DNA from: an uncultured Gammaproteobacteria bacterium
GTDB taxonomy: Bacteria; Patescibacteriota; Patescibacteriia; UBA11705; DATKZF01
DNA: 64,000 nucleotides
Direction: 5' to 3'
NCBI GenBank assembly: GCA_964411255.1
Contig: CAYPKD010000005.1
Coordinates: forward strand, 109,631 to 173,630
Position numbers and translations under genes: made by a program. Shown here piece after piece: positions 47,060 to 58,004 of the stretch. Under the pieces are notes generated by a model that worked only from the letters and a program-made list of their open reading frames with translations, ran no database searches and had not been told where the DNA came from. The stretch's first letter is position 1; every line of letters begins with the position of its first letter.

Positions 47060-50000
47060 ATGAAATATTTCCGAAAGAAAAAAATAAAAAGCATAATAAT
47101 AGTTGCGATTATCGCCTTAATGATTTCAACAGGCGTTTTTTTTGCAATAGGACCAAAACAAACAAAAGCGCAGGGAATGCCAGTTTTTGACGCTCAACAA
47201 TGGAATTTAGAAATGAATTGGTTGTTGTGGGAGCTTGATAAGTATCTTGCAGAATTGCAGGCGAAAGCTGCAGAAGAGGCAAAGAAGGCAATTTTAGAAA
47301 AAATAAAGCAGGCATTTATTCGTACCGCTGCTATTACGTTAAAAAATACTTTAATATATTTTATTCAGGAGGCTGGCAGGCAGACAATGGAATACGTTGC
47401 GACTGGCAGCTGGAGCCAGGGGCCAATGTTTTATGAAAAAACATTTGATTATTTTAAAGATACGCTTATTGGTGCGGCTTCGCAGGAATTTTTAGATGAG
47501 CTGGCTTATAATCTCTGGTCAGAAACTGGTTTTGATATTTGTGATCCTGATGTGTCAATAAAAATGATGATCATGCTTAACCTTCAGTTGACATTACCGC
47601 ATCCGACTTATGAAAAGGTAGCGCCTCGTTGCGACTGGAATAAAGTACGAGGAAACTGGGAAAACTTTTATGCTGATATTAGAAAAAATGTTGAGGATGT
47701 GAAAGGCCAGACATTTGCTGCTATGGGCGCAATGCAGGAATCATTAGATCCTCAGCAAAATGATTTTGGTATATTTTTAAAAACCATGGATGATAATATT
47801 ACCAAGCGGCAAGAGCAATATGAAAGGGAAAGAGATGAGAGAATGGCGCCATCCAAATTAAGAGCCAAAACATCATTGGTTACTGGTACAGTTGAGACGC
47901 CAAGTTTTATGATTGAGCCAGTTGTTAGAAGCGATGTTGAAGCTATTCAAGCCAGTAGAAAAACTGAGTTAAAAAGTGGAGAAGCAATTATAGAAGAAAT
48001 CCCAGAACAGGTATTGTTTGCTTTTATTCAAAGTTTTGGCCCGCAACAGTTTTTAATGGCAGCATTGCAAAGGATTTTTGGTGGTTTGGTAAAAAAAGCT
48101 GAGAGCTTTAATCCTGTTCATCAGGTTTTTGAAACGAAAAAAGCAATTCAAAAAGTAAATACAGAAATTTTAACTGCTGATTTTTCATTTGAGCCCAGAG
48201 ATGTCAGCCTAATAGACGAATTTGTAAATTGTCCGGCTGAAAGTTCGCCGTCTACAGGCGCAGATGTTCCTCGGGGAATCAATGACTGCGTAATGGACAG
48301 AAATTTTGCTGAAGCAGTCAGAAGATCATCTTCTTCAGGCGAGGCAATGACTGTTCAAGCAGCAATAAATGAAGGCTTATTAGATCCGAATAAGCCTTTT
48401 TATAGTTCAAGCGATCCAGAAAATACTCATGCTAAGTGTTATTCATTCGGCTATTGCTACAGTAATTTGAAAAAATTAAGAAAAGCCAGAATAATTCCAA
48501 TTGGCTGGGAAATAGCTGCTGAAAAGACTGCAGAGACAGGAAATAAATCACTACAGGATATAGTAAATGAATTTAACAATGAAAATTCAGATTTTTACAG
48601 ATTAATTGATCCAAGCTGGGTTTTGAAAGAACCGATTAATCAATGTAGAGCAAATGTATATGGCCCGGACTTGATTGCCAGCGGAGCTGAAGACCGGCCA
48701 GAAGTATGTGCTGATTATCGCACATGTATTGAAGAGACTCCAAACGGAGACTGCATTGGCGGATATGGATATTGCGCTGAAGAAGAAAGAACCTGGCGGC
48801 TAGATGGTGATTCATGCGAGCCGCAATACGCTGGTTGTACAACTTTATTTGACCGAAACGGTGTAGGGACAGGTTGGCTATTAGATACATTGGATCCAGT
48901 TGCTTGCAGCGCTGCTGACGTTGGCTGCCAATTATACAGTTTATGGAGAAATTATGAAACAGGTAGTGGCGAATGGATATATGATCTTGCCAGTAGCGAA
49001 AGCGACCGATTCTTATATTTAAATAAAAATGTTGAAAATGAGCTTTGCAGTCCGGAAAAAGAAGGCTGCACCCGGTTTATTAGAACAGCCGCAGATCTTG
49101 GTACGAATTTGATTTACAATTCAGGATTTGAAGAAGTGCCGGATAATGCAGATTTAACTGATTTGGTCAGTGTTCCAAACTGGGGAGATATAAATATTTC
49201 TGATCAAATATTTAACACTGGAAGCTATGCTACATTTTTTGGAAAAGAGACACCGAATTCTATAATAACATCTGAATATATTAATGTTGTTCCAAAAGAT
49301 TATGACAGATATTTTGTGTTAAGTGGATATGGCTATAGAACGTCAGATGCAATTGGAATAAATTGTACTCTGCAAACTTCTGATGGAGTTGGGCCTTTAT
49401 CAATTCGAACTTCATTTTTAGATTCAGGTCCTACAGTGCTTGAAACCTGGACCAGAAAATCATGGATTTTTAATATTCCAGGTGATTCGAATACAGCTTT
49501 TATCCAGATTCAATGTGCCCCTACAGATTTAATTTCAGGAGTGATTCATTATATGGATGATATTCAGCTTGAAGAGGTGTTAGATCCAAATTTAATTGCT
49601 TCATATAATGACTATGCCACTGTTAATGCTTCTTATTTAAAACAGGCGCCAGAATATTATGACTGCTATGATGGCAATCCAAATACCAATCATGTTAACT
49701 GCGATAATTTTGCTCCGATTTGCGATGCAGATGATGTAGGCTGTGAAACATACACGCCAACAGACGGCGGAGCATCGCAGAATGCAGTAGTGGGCAGATA
49801 TAATTATTGTCCAGCTGAATGTAATGGCTATGAAACTTTTTCCCAATCTGAAACATTTTTTGAGCTGTCAAAATTCCCACTATACTTTATCCCAGCCACA
49901 GCCAGGCAATGCTCAGAGCAAAACGTGGGCTGCGAAGCATATACAAATGTTGATGTGCTGGAAGCTGGTGGTGAGGCCGTCAGTTATTTCAAACAAATCA

Positions 50001-53000
50001 GACAGTGTTCAAAACCTGGGCCAGACTGCGCAACATTTTATACCTGGGAGGGATCTGAAGTAACCGGTTATCAGATTCAAAACCACAGTTTGCGAGATAT
50101 TGATGGAGATAATGATCCGGATGTTACCAGTGCTGCTCTAGATGGTCAGAATTGCAATGCTGATATTTTTGCTGCTCAGATAAACCCTGATTGCAGACAA
50201 TTTTATAATCAAGATGGTGACATATTTTATCATCTAAAATCTTTGACCATCACTTGTGCTGAAGATTGCAGCCCTCATCGGCTGGAAGTGGAAGATGCTT
50301 CAGAAGAAAAATGCACCAGCTCAAATGGTGAATGGGATGATAATACTAATAAATGTATTTATGACATTATAGTTGATGAAGCAGTAACTTGTCCGGTACA
50401 GGAAGTCGGTTGCAGAGAATACAAAGGCAATTTTGCTGGTGATATTGAAATATTACATACTCAGGATTTGGAAAATTATGATTCTCATGAGTGGAATCGC
50501 GGAGAGCTGTCCTCTGAGTCATTTGCATTAGGTGGTAAATCATACCGGGTGCCACAAACTGCACAAACCGGGGAGACTGCAGTTTATTATCGATTACCAG
50601 GATTCCCAGATCCGGATTTTGCTTTGACTTTATCAGCTAATGAACAATATCAATTTGAAATTTGGATAAAACCTAACTTAGAAGATACAGCTGATATTGC
50701 AGATATTGATAATATTGATGTTAATGGATTTGAAACAGATATTAATATTTTAGGCTTTAGCCAAATTCCTTTGAATATAAACAGTTTAGACTGGGCTGCT
50801 TATGGTTTGATTATCAAGCCAACCACTGATGTGGCAATCAACAGCATCAGCTTTACAAACATGGTCAAGCAAGTGCCAGGACAATCAAGGCCTCAGACCA
50901 TGGGATATTTTATAGATAATATTAAAATAAAAAAGATACAGGGAATGCAGACTTTAATCAGAGATACCTGGAGCACACCAGAGACTTGTGACAAGCGGCT
51001 TGATACAGATGAACCTTTGCCTCAGGCGATGCTGGGCTGTCGGGAATATAATGACCGGGCAGGCAATTTGCATTATTTGCGTTCTTATAATAATTTCTGT
51101 GACGCATCAGTTGTTGGCTGCGAAGCTTTAATTGATACAAAGAATTCTATATTGCATGATGGTAAAGTTTATGATCGAGAACCTGTAGATTTATGCAGTT
51201 TTTCTACTACTATGGTAGATCAACCATTGGGCAGGACCTGTAGAATGAAACTATTGCATTACATGTGTACTCAAAATGCAGATTGGGTTGGTGATTTTGC
51301 TACATTTGAAAATCCTTTGGAGGCCTGCTTAAATCAAAATAATAATGTTGTTCCAGTTACTGACTATGCGCTAGAGAAAGACACTTGCGAGACTATTGCT
51401 GAAAATGGAACAGATAATATTGCCTGGATAAATGAAAGATGCGAAAGAGTGGGTGTGCCTCCGCTGTATGAAGTATCTGATGACGAATATGTGTACCGGG
51501 TGATTTCTGAAGAAAATTCATGTACGGCAGAGGATAAAGGATGCACAGCTACAGCTTTGGCTAATTTAGATTATGATTTGAGTATTGGCGATTGGTTTGA
51601 AACCCATATTAAAATAGATCCTGATAATTTGGATGATAAAATGTGCAATGCTAACTCTGTTAGATGCGAAGAATATATTGATTCAAATAACAATGTGTAT
51701 TATTTTAAAAATCCAGCATTAAGATATTGCGAATATAGGACTGATCCATCTGGTGACGGCTGGTTTGAAGCTGGCAGTAATGAAAGATGCTTAACCTGGC
51801 AGCCATATAATGGCATTGATATTCCTTTGCCGTATTATCACTGGGATTATAGGGATGATACACAATTATCAGTTGACAGTTATGAAGGCTGGCCAGCAAT
51901 GTGTCCTGAAGAAGCTGATACTTGCACGGCATTTTTAGATCCTGCTGCGAAAACAGATGATAATCTAGTAGGCCATGCATATTTTTTGAAAAATAATGAA
52001 AAAATAGACAAAGAATCCTGTGAAAATATGGTTGATCCTGGTCAGGGTTGCGTATTATTCTTAGATACTTCAGATCCTAATGGCCCTCAATGGAGTTCTG
52101 AATTATCTAACTTTGAGAATGCTGGCTCTGGAGAACCCATTCCGCCTGTTTCAATTAATGAAACAACGAATGCTCAAAATACTATTAATCTTTTAACTAC
52201 TAATGATGTCCAAGCTGAAACAATGAGTTTTTCTCAATATTTTGATTGGATAGATAGTTTAGAAGCTTCTGAATTGTCTGTTGTATATGATTTTGCATCA
52301 GAGAAAAATAATTATTGGGTTGATATTAATTATTCAGATGGTAGCGGTGGTGTTTCAAATGTAACTCAGGCATTTAATGATAGTAATACTATAATAAAGG
52401 TAAAACAAGATCGCCAATGCTCAAAGTGGTATACCTGTTTAGGTCCGAGCTATGTTTGGGATCAAAATGCAGGTCAATGGGTTGAGATTTGTGAATTAGT
52501 TGGATTATGTGATGAATATGGCAATCAGGGTGGGGGCGCATATTGCAGCCATGTTGTATTGCCTGATGAAAACACGACTGATCCTCTCAATCAGAGGGAT
52601 TACTTTACAGTCGAAGATTATCAAAAACGACAATCAGCAAAATATCAATATTTAAATAAATATTTTGATCTATATACTCCTGAATTTTCTGGTATGGCAA
52701 TTGTAAACAATATCCCTTTGCAGTATTTAGAGCCAAAGGATTTGAATGAAGATGTAGAAGATCCATACTATACTTTAGCTGGAAATATGAATCAGATTGG
52801 AGATAATAATGAATGTAGTGGTATTGTCAGCGATATGATAGAAGCAGTTGTTCCTAATTTAGCAGATCAGCTGCCAACTTCTGCTGGCGCCTCAGTTAAT
52901 GGAAAATGTTATGCGCCTAAGAATTTATTTGAAACATTAAATTCTACAACACCTGACAGATGGCCGGAGGAAAAGCTGTGCCGCGCTTATCCCCGGGATA

Positions 53001-56000
53001 ACACTCCATTTCCGGTTGATGCTGTCTTTGAGACTTTAAGTGATCCTGAAACAAAGAGCAATGAGAAAAAACGTGAAAAATATAGAAATGTAAATAATTT
53101 CGGATATAATTTGACAGAAATGACATCTGACGAAAAGGTTGCAGATTCCGGATGCAGATATAGAGAAGTTAAATATGGCAGGGGACAGGTTACGTTATAT
53201 TTATCCCCTGATATGCCTGCGCCAACTGCAATTTGTGAACAAACTCAAAAGCCATGCGAATGTCTGGATCAAAGAAATCCTGATAATCCTGTCTGTATGG
53301 ACAGCGACTGTCCGGGTACTCAGTCATGTTTGCAAAAAGAGTTAAGCATAGTTGATTTATATGGATGGGAAGGATATTGTTTGGAAGAAGATGAATCAAT
53401 AAATTTATTTGCAAATGAAAATAAAAATCCATGTTTAACATGGTATCCGGTTGACATGACAGTTGGTTTGTCAGACCATTATAATCAATATGCTAAGGCT
53501 GGGTATACAAGTAATGAACTTCCATATTATTGCTTAACTGCAGAGCCTTATCTGCAGGAAAAAGCATATTTTTCCGGCTGTACAGCACAGGAAACTACTG
53601 GTGCATGGAATGGATTTTTAGCATGGACTAATATAAATAGTAGTAGCTGGAGCGTTCATGGTGAGTGCAATTCCCATGAATCCAAGAATCAAAAATTATG
53701 GACTGAATGGCTTTATGAAAAAATACAAGAAGCAGCGACTGATTTTGAAGCAGAAACTCCAGATGATAAACTATATGCAGTTTCAAGCGCATTTGGAGAA
53801 TTTTTATCCACCGCAGGTACTGGACATGAAAGAGGCTGGTATCCTGATGAAGACGATGACGATAGGATTGAAATGGGTGAAATGAGAGCTGAAATGAATA
53901 GTATGTTAATAAGTTATTATTTTTCAGCTGCATCAGATAATGATAATAATTCATCTGATCCATATTATAATAGAGATTGCGGTGATGGATATTTTCCAGT
54001 ATTTGCTCCATGCGGTGGAAATGAATCTGGGAATCCTTGGGAAAATTCTCCAGGAATGGGATATAAATGCGATTCAAATGAAGCTGGAGGTGTTTTATGT
54101 GTACCGTTTAATTCATATATTGATATTCCTGATGAGGAAATAATAAAATGGAAAGAAATGGATCCAATAGGAATTGATGTTACAGCTTTTCAGGGTGCTG
54201 AATGTAGGCCGCATTTTACTAGAGGAGAATTATTACGAAAAGGAACTGTAACTGCAGGTGGTAAAGAATCTTGTTTCGACAATTCCAGAAATGTGGATCC
54301 GTATAGAAATTTCGCGGTTTATACTGATGATGATGGTAATACAGTAAAAGAATGTGAAACTGATGAAGTAATATGGGTTAATACTGTATATGATATGGTG
54401 GTAGCTGTTGATAACGGCTATGAAGTTGCATGGCCAAGTGCAATCCCTAAACCTGAGGAATGGAATGATTGGGGGTCTACAAATAGTAAAAGTAGTATAA
54501 TTGATGATGTTTTCTCTTTGAGGAAAAGTGATACAGGTGGGCCGTATTTCTGGAGAGTTCGGGACAAATCAGAGTTAAAAGACGGGGCAGAAGAATATTT
54601 ATACGGGACAACTGCTTGGTCGGGAGGAAATGCCAGTGATGGAATTTGGGATGCTGCATTATATGAGCGAGGCTGGGATAATATTAATTTTGATTTTATA
54701 GTGCCATTATATAGATATTGTGTTCAAAAAACCCCAGTCACTGATACATACAGAATTTATACTGATGCAAATGAAAATGACTGGGATACAGTTGCTGAAT
54801 TTATTGAGAGAGAATCAATTGAAGCACAAGATGTTAAGTCGTCTAACGGCACAGTGGGTGACTTATTAATATCAGTATCAGCGAAAAACGATACTTATTT
54901 AAGTGGTGAGGGTCAAATCTTTGCAACAGGTAATACATTATGCAGCCATTTAGCAGAAGTGGAAAATACAAAATTTGAAGATAAAGCCTGGACAGACAAA
55001 TTATATAATAATGATTTGTCAAAGAGACTTGATGCCATTCCATATTTAACACAAGGTACACCTGATGATGCGTGGGAACTGTTGTTATATGATAATTTAC
55101 GATTTTATTTAGGTTCTATATCGTTTAATTATGGACAAACAGAGATGCCAAGGCTTGTAGAAGGTGAATTAAATGATGAATTTGTTCCTGCTGCCACCTG
55201 CGCATACAACACAGGGATAGTTGAGACTTCAAGTCCTTCATTATTAAATTATCGAATGTTATTGAATCCAAAGATTACAGATGATTTTAAAGGAACTGAT
55301 GTGGAATGTTCTCCTGTTACATATCAAAAAGTTGGAGGAGGATCCTTCCAGACAACATCTACATTATTAGATAAAGAATCAGCAAAAGCTTATAATGCAT
55401 ATAGAGTTGAGGGGGGTAGATTCCCTGATTGTATTGGTGGTGGAGATTGTTCTATAGATACACCTTATGGATTATCTGCTTCTACATATTATGGAGCTGA
55501 CCCAAGTGATGGTGCTGATGATTTTAGTTACGGATCTGTGGCAACACCGCGAAGATTAAGAATGACTCGTCCCTTAGAAAGATTGCAGCTCATATTTGCT
55601 AAAGTTTATGATGTATGGAGATGGCAACCGATATTTGAAAATAGTTCAAATTCTGTTGATAATTATTTACCAGGTGGATCAGGTGTTTCTCATGATGATC
55701 ATGCTAAAAGATGGTATAGGGGATTTGAATATAAGTCTGATAGAAATTTAGTTGATGATATGGGCGGTGATGCATATATGTCAACATTATCAGAGAATAA
55801 TGTACAACCATATTATAAATATACTGATGATGCTTCATATAATATTGTGAAGGATGTAGATTATTCAGAAGTTTTAATTCCTCAGGTTACAGGCGTGGAA
55901 TTAAGACCTGGCAAAAAATATCGGGCTGTACCAGGTACCATTACATTAGAAACAGAAGCTGAAAGAAAAAATGATGGAGTTCTTGGATTAGACAGTGATA

Positions 56001-56692
56001 ACAGAGGGCAATTAGTCGTCAGCTCTCAATTCTTTGGCTGGGCAAATAATGATCATATGCCTGTTCGAAGTGTTCGAGTGCATTGGGGTGACGGCGTGGA
56101 TAGCATATCTGGTGGTGCTAAGGGTCAGTATAAAAATCATAAAGCTGTTTGCGCAGAAACTCCAGATCAACCAATAAGTTTTTGTGCTGGAGGGGGAAGC
56201 GCAGGGCAAGAAACTTGTTTTTATGATGATGATTGTTCAAATCAGAATTGTAATACAGGTGTTTCAGTTGTTCAATTTGGAGCAGTACCTGATGCCTGTA
56301 CAATGAGTTATTTCCAAAAGACTCATGTATATGCTTGCGCAGAACATGGAGGTGATCTGCCAATTTGTGATAATTCTGCTACCAGCATAATTAATAGTGG
56401 ATCATGGGGTGATGTTCCGTTGACGACTGGATGTTATGATTCTTCCTTTATTCCATCAACTGTTGATGATAATGGTTCGACCTCAGTAACTGGCGCATGT
56501 TTATTCAGACCTGGCGCTCAGGTATTGGATAACTGGGGCTGGTGTAATGGTGATTGTGAAGGATCTGGAGAGGGATGTTATAATGATCCTGTTCCGGGAC
56601 TTCAAGCAGGAGTTTGTGATAATTCTGGTGATCCATTGCACGACAAAGCTTATACGCGCTACAATGGTATAATTATAGTTATTCCTCAATAA
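47060..56692 (+). CDS. Giant (3210 aa) Cys-rich secreted/surface protein
   Basis: Signal peptide ...TKAQ then GMPVFDA; helical N-region; many C...VGC..Y motifs; CBM-like NLIYNSGFEE...MDDIQLEE segment. Confidence 0.8.
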   Translation: MKYFRKKKIKSIIIVAIIALMISTGVFFAIGPKQTKAQGMPVFDAQQWNLEMNWLLWELDKYLAELQAKAAEEAKKAILEKIKQAFIRTAAITLKNTLIYFIQEAGRQTMEYVATGSWSQGPMFYEKTFDYFKDTLIGAASQEFLDELAYNLWSETGFDICDPDVSIKMMIMLNLQLTLPHPTYEKVAPRCDWNKVRGNWENFYADIRKNVEDVKGQTFAAMGAMQESLDPQQNDFGIFLKTMDDNITKRQEQYERERDERMAPSKLRAKTSLVTGTVETPSFMIEPVVRSDVEAIQASRKTELKSGEAIIEEIPEQVLFAFIQSFGPQQFLMAALQRIFGGLVKKAESFNPVHQVFETKKAIQKVNTEILTADFSFEPRDVSLIDEFVNCPAESSPSTGADVPRGINDCVMDRNFAEAVRRSSSSGEAMTVQAAINEGLLDPNKPFYSSSDPENTHAKCYSFGYCYSNLKKLRKARIIPIGWEIAAEKTAETGNKSLQDIVNEFNNENSDFYRLIDPSWVLKEPINQCRANVYGPDLIASGAEDRPEVCADYRTCIEETPNGDCIGGYGYCAEEERTWRLDGDSCEPQYAGCTTLFDRNGVGTGWLLDTLDPVACSAADVGCQLYSLWRNYETGSGEWIYDLASSESDRFLYLNKNVENELCSPEKEGCTRFIRTAADLGTNLIYNSGFEEVPDNADLTDLVSVPNWGDINISDQIFNTGSYATFFGKETPNSIITSEYINVVPKDYDRYFVLSGYGYRTSDAIGINCTLQTSDGVGPLSIRTSFLDSGPTVLETWTRKSWIFNIPGDSNTAFIQIQCAPTDLISGVIHYMDDIQLEEVLDPNLIASYNDYATVNASYLKQAPEYYDCYDGNPNTNHVNCDNFAPICDADDVGCETYTPTDGGASQNAVVGRYNYCPAECNGYETFSQSETFFELSKFPLYFIPATARQCSEQNVGCEAYTNVDVLEAGGEAVSYFKQIRQCSKPGPDCATFYTWEGSEVTGYQIQNHSLRDIDGDNDPDVTSAALDGQNCNADIFAAQINPDCRQFYNQDGDIFYHLKSLTITCAEDCSPHRLEVEDASEEKCTSSNGEWDDNTNKCIYDIIVDEAVTCPVQEVGCREYKGNFAGDIEILHTQDLENYDSHEWNRGELSSESFALGGKSYRVPQTAQTGETAVYYRLPGFPDPDFALTLSANEQYQFEIWIKPNLEDTADIADIDNIDVNGFETDINILGFSQIPLNINSLDWAAYGLIIKPTTDVAINSISFTNMVKQVPGQSRPQTMGYFIDNIKIKKIQGMQTLIRDTWSTPETCDKRLDTDEPLPQAMLGCREYNDRAGNLHYLRSYNNFCDASVVGCEALIDTKNSILHDGKVYDREPVDLCSFSTTMVDQPLGRTCRMKLLHYMCTQNADWVGDFATFENPLEACLNQNNNVVPVTDYALEKDTCETIAENGTDNIAWINERCERVGVPPLYEVSDDEYVYRVISEENSCTAEDKGCTATALANLDYDLSIGDWFETHIKIDPDNLDDKMCNANSVRCEEYIDSNNNVYYFKNPALRYCEYRTDPSGDGWFEAGSNERCLTWQPYNGIDIPLPYYHWDYRDDTQLSVDSYEGWPAMCPEEADTCTAFLDPAAKTDDNLVGHAYFLKNNEKIDKESCENMVDPGQGCVLFLDTSDPNGPQWSSELSNFENAGSGEPIPPVSINETTNAQNTINLLTTNDVQAETMSFSQYFDWIDSLEASELSVVYDFASEKNNYWVDINYSDGSGGVSNVTQAFNDSNTIIKVKQDRQCSKWYTCLGPSYVWDQNAGQWVEICELVGLCDEYGNQGGGAYCSHVVLPDENTTDPLNQRDYFTVEDYQKRQSAKYQYLNKYFDLYTPEFSGMAIVNNIPLQYLEPKDLNEDVEDPYYTLAGNMNQIGDNNECSGIVSDMIEAVVPNLADQLPTSAGASVNGKCYAPKNLFETLNSTTPDRWPEEKLCRAYPRDNTPFPVDAVFETLSDPETKSNEKKREKYRNVNNFGYNLTEMTSDEKVADSGCRYREVKYGRGQVTLYLSPDMPAPTAICEQTQKPCECLDQRNPDNPVCMDSDCPGTQSCLQKELSIVDLYGWEGYCLEEDESINLFANENKNPCLTWYPVDMTVGLSDHYNQYAKAGYTSNELPYYCLTAEPYLQEKAYFSGCTAQETTGAWNGFLAWTNINSSSWSVHGECNSHESKNQKLWTEWLYEKIQEAATDFEAETPDDKLYAVSSAFGEFLSTAGTGHERGWYPDEDDDDRIEMGEMRAEMNSMLISYYFSAASDNDNNSSDPYYNRDCGDGYFPVFAPCGGNESGNPWENSPGMGYKCDSNEAGGVLCVPFNSYIDIPDEEIIKWKEMDPIGIDVTAFQGAECRPHFTRGELLRKGTVTAGGKESCFDNSRNVDPYRNFAVYTDDDGNTVKECETDEVIWVNTVYDMVVAVDNGYEVAWPSAIPKPEEWNDWGSTNSKSSIIDDVFSLRKSDTGGPYFWRVRDKSELKDGAEEYLYGTTAWSGGNASDGIWDAALYERGWDNINFDFIVPLYRYCVQKTPVTDTYRIYTDANENDWDTVAEFIERESIEAQDVKSSNGTVGDLLISVSAKNDTYLSGEGQIFATGNTLCSHLAEVENTKFEDKAWTDKLYNNDLSKRLDAIPYLTQGTPDDAWELLLYDNLRFYLGSISFNYGQTEMPRLVEGELNDEFVPAATCAYNTGIVETSSPSLLNYRMLLNPKITDDFKGTDVECSPVTYQKVGGGSFQTTSTLLDKESAKAYNAYRVEGGRFPDCIGGGDCSIDTPYGLSASTYYGADPSDGADDFSYGSVATPRRLRMTRPLERLQLIFAKVYDVWRWQPIFENSSNSVDNYLPGGSGVSHDDHAKRWYRGFEYKSDRNLVDDMGGDAYMSTLSENNVQPYYKYTDDASYNIVKDVDYSEVLIPQVTGVELRPGKKYRAVPGTITLETEAERKNDGVLGLDSDNRGQLVVSSQFFGWANNDHMPVRSVRVHWGDGVDSISGGAKGQYKNHKAVCAETPDQPISFCAGGGSAGQETCFYDDDCSNQNCNTGVSVVQFGAVPDACTMSYFQKTHVYACAEHGGDLPICDNSATSIINSGSWGDVPLTTGCYDSSFIPSTVDDNGSTSVTGACLFRPGAQVLDNWGWCNGDCEGSGEGCYNDPVPGLQAGVCDNSGDPLHDKAYTRYNGIIIVIPQ

Positions 56693-56710
56693 ATTATTTA
56701 TATATATAAT

Positions 56711-56744
56711 AAAAAGCCCTTTAATATGTGTATTAAAGGGTTTT
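56711..56744. terminator. Bidirectional terminator
   Basis: AAAAAGCCCTTTAATA-TGTG-TATTAAAGGGTTTT between convergent genes. Confidence 0.7.
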
Positions 56745-57453
56745 ATTGTTTTTCATAAATATATTCTGAGATCACGGATGACCCACTTGTTGATTGCGTG
56801 AGGTGTATAGTAATGTCACCATGGTTTATTTCAGAAAATAAATTGCGTCCATATGAATCAGTCCAGTCAACGATATACTTATCACCGACCTTTTTGATTG
56901 GAATTCCCAGCTCTGCAGGATAGAATCCTAGCAGAACAGCTTCGTAGTCAGAAAAATACTGATCAAAATTTTCTGAAGGAGCAGCAACGTAGACAGTCAC
57001 TTCCCTGGGTCCAGAGGAGCTTGAATCAGTTCTGGCCCAGTCTCCTTCAATAAATTTCAGCTCTTCGACTATGTTGTTGTCAGCGTGTAGAATGATCGGA
57101 TCCAGCTCTGTGTTTTCATTTACGCACAACAGGCTTTCCCAATCATGATACCCTTGAAGCGTGACTGCAATATCATAGCAGCCCTCTGTAACTTCTACAT
57201 TTCCTGGCGTGGTAGCGCCTGTGCTTTTACCATCCACCCAGATCTGGGCGTTTTCAGGTGAGCTGGCCACAGTGACCGTGTACTTGTCCACGGGCGTGGT
57301 CTGGTCTGGCAGCAGAGTGCTGTCTGGGCCAGGGCCAATGTCAGGGTTGACAGTGCTGTCTGGGCCAGGGCCTGTCCCACCAGAATCAGAATCGCAGCTG
57401 AGAGTGCCAAAAGAAAGGATGAAAATGCTGAAAATGGTTACGAAATACTTCAT
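56743..57453 (-). CDS. PEGA-domain lipoprotein, SD-led
   Basis: LSC lipobox, GPGPDST x2, S.P.NAQIWVDG...G.TTP...G.Y...LQGY; AGGAGG RBS. Confidence 0.8.
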   Translation of the reverse strand: MKYFVTIFSIFILSFGTLSCDSDSGGTGPGPDSTVNPDIGPGPDSTLLPDQTTPVDKYTVTVASSPENAQIWVDGKSTGATTPGNVEVTEGCYDIAVTLQGYHDWESLLCVNENTELDPIILHADNNIVEELKFIEGDWARTDSSSSGPREVTVYVAAPSENFDQYFSDYEAVLLGFYPAELGIPIKKVGDKYIVDWTDSYGRNLFSEINHGDITIHLTQSTSGSSVISEYIYEKQ

Positions 57454-57636
57454 GGCTTGTGCCTCCTATCGTATCGTGAATTGTCTTGGTTTTTGAAAGG
57501 ACAGAATACCTTAACCTATTAGAGGGGATTTGTCAAGGGTAGTTCGCAATATTATGCAAATTTAGACCCATTTGACTCGTTGACCCCTCTCTACTTATAT
57601 TGTATTATGCAAAAACGTAAAATGTCAAGAGATTAT

Positions 57637-57796
57637 ATAATGTCGGAATTAAATCATTCGTATTGTCTGTAGGGACAGAATATTATTCTGTCCCTACACT
57701 GCGGACATCATTTTTTTCCATAATGTCGGAATTAAATTATTCGTATTGCCTGAAAGGACAGAATAATATTCTGTCCCTACATTACCGACATCATTT
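57637..57796. repeat. Tandem ~82-bp repeat with GTAG-type REP palindrome
   Basis: Two copies of ATAATGTCGGAATTAAAT...GGACAGAATA.TATTCTGTCCCTAC...GACATCATTT. Confidence 0.8.
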
Positions 57797-58004
57797 ATTT
57801 TTTTAACATACAATTTTGTCGACCTGCTTTGACAGGTTTTTTTGTTTTATTTAGGTCAAAATTTAAATGGCTGTCAAATGTGGATAACATTTTGCTACAG
57901 GTTTAGGATTTGGATCAGATATGCTGACAATAGAGGAGAGAAGAACTTTGACAATTTCGTCGAAATTCTCTCTTATCATTAACCTCATTGAAAGGAGAAG
58001 GCAT

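Noticed and set aside
57637-57796. CRISPR array
   Set aside because: Two whole-unit tandem copies with no unique spacers
57879-57887. Replication origin from DnaA box TGTGGATAA
   Set aside because: Isolated boxes only (also 29328 and 31007); no cluster and no dnaA/dnaN in the window
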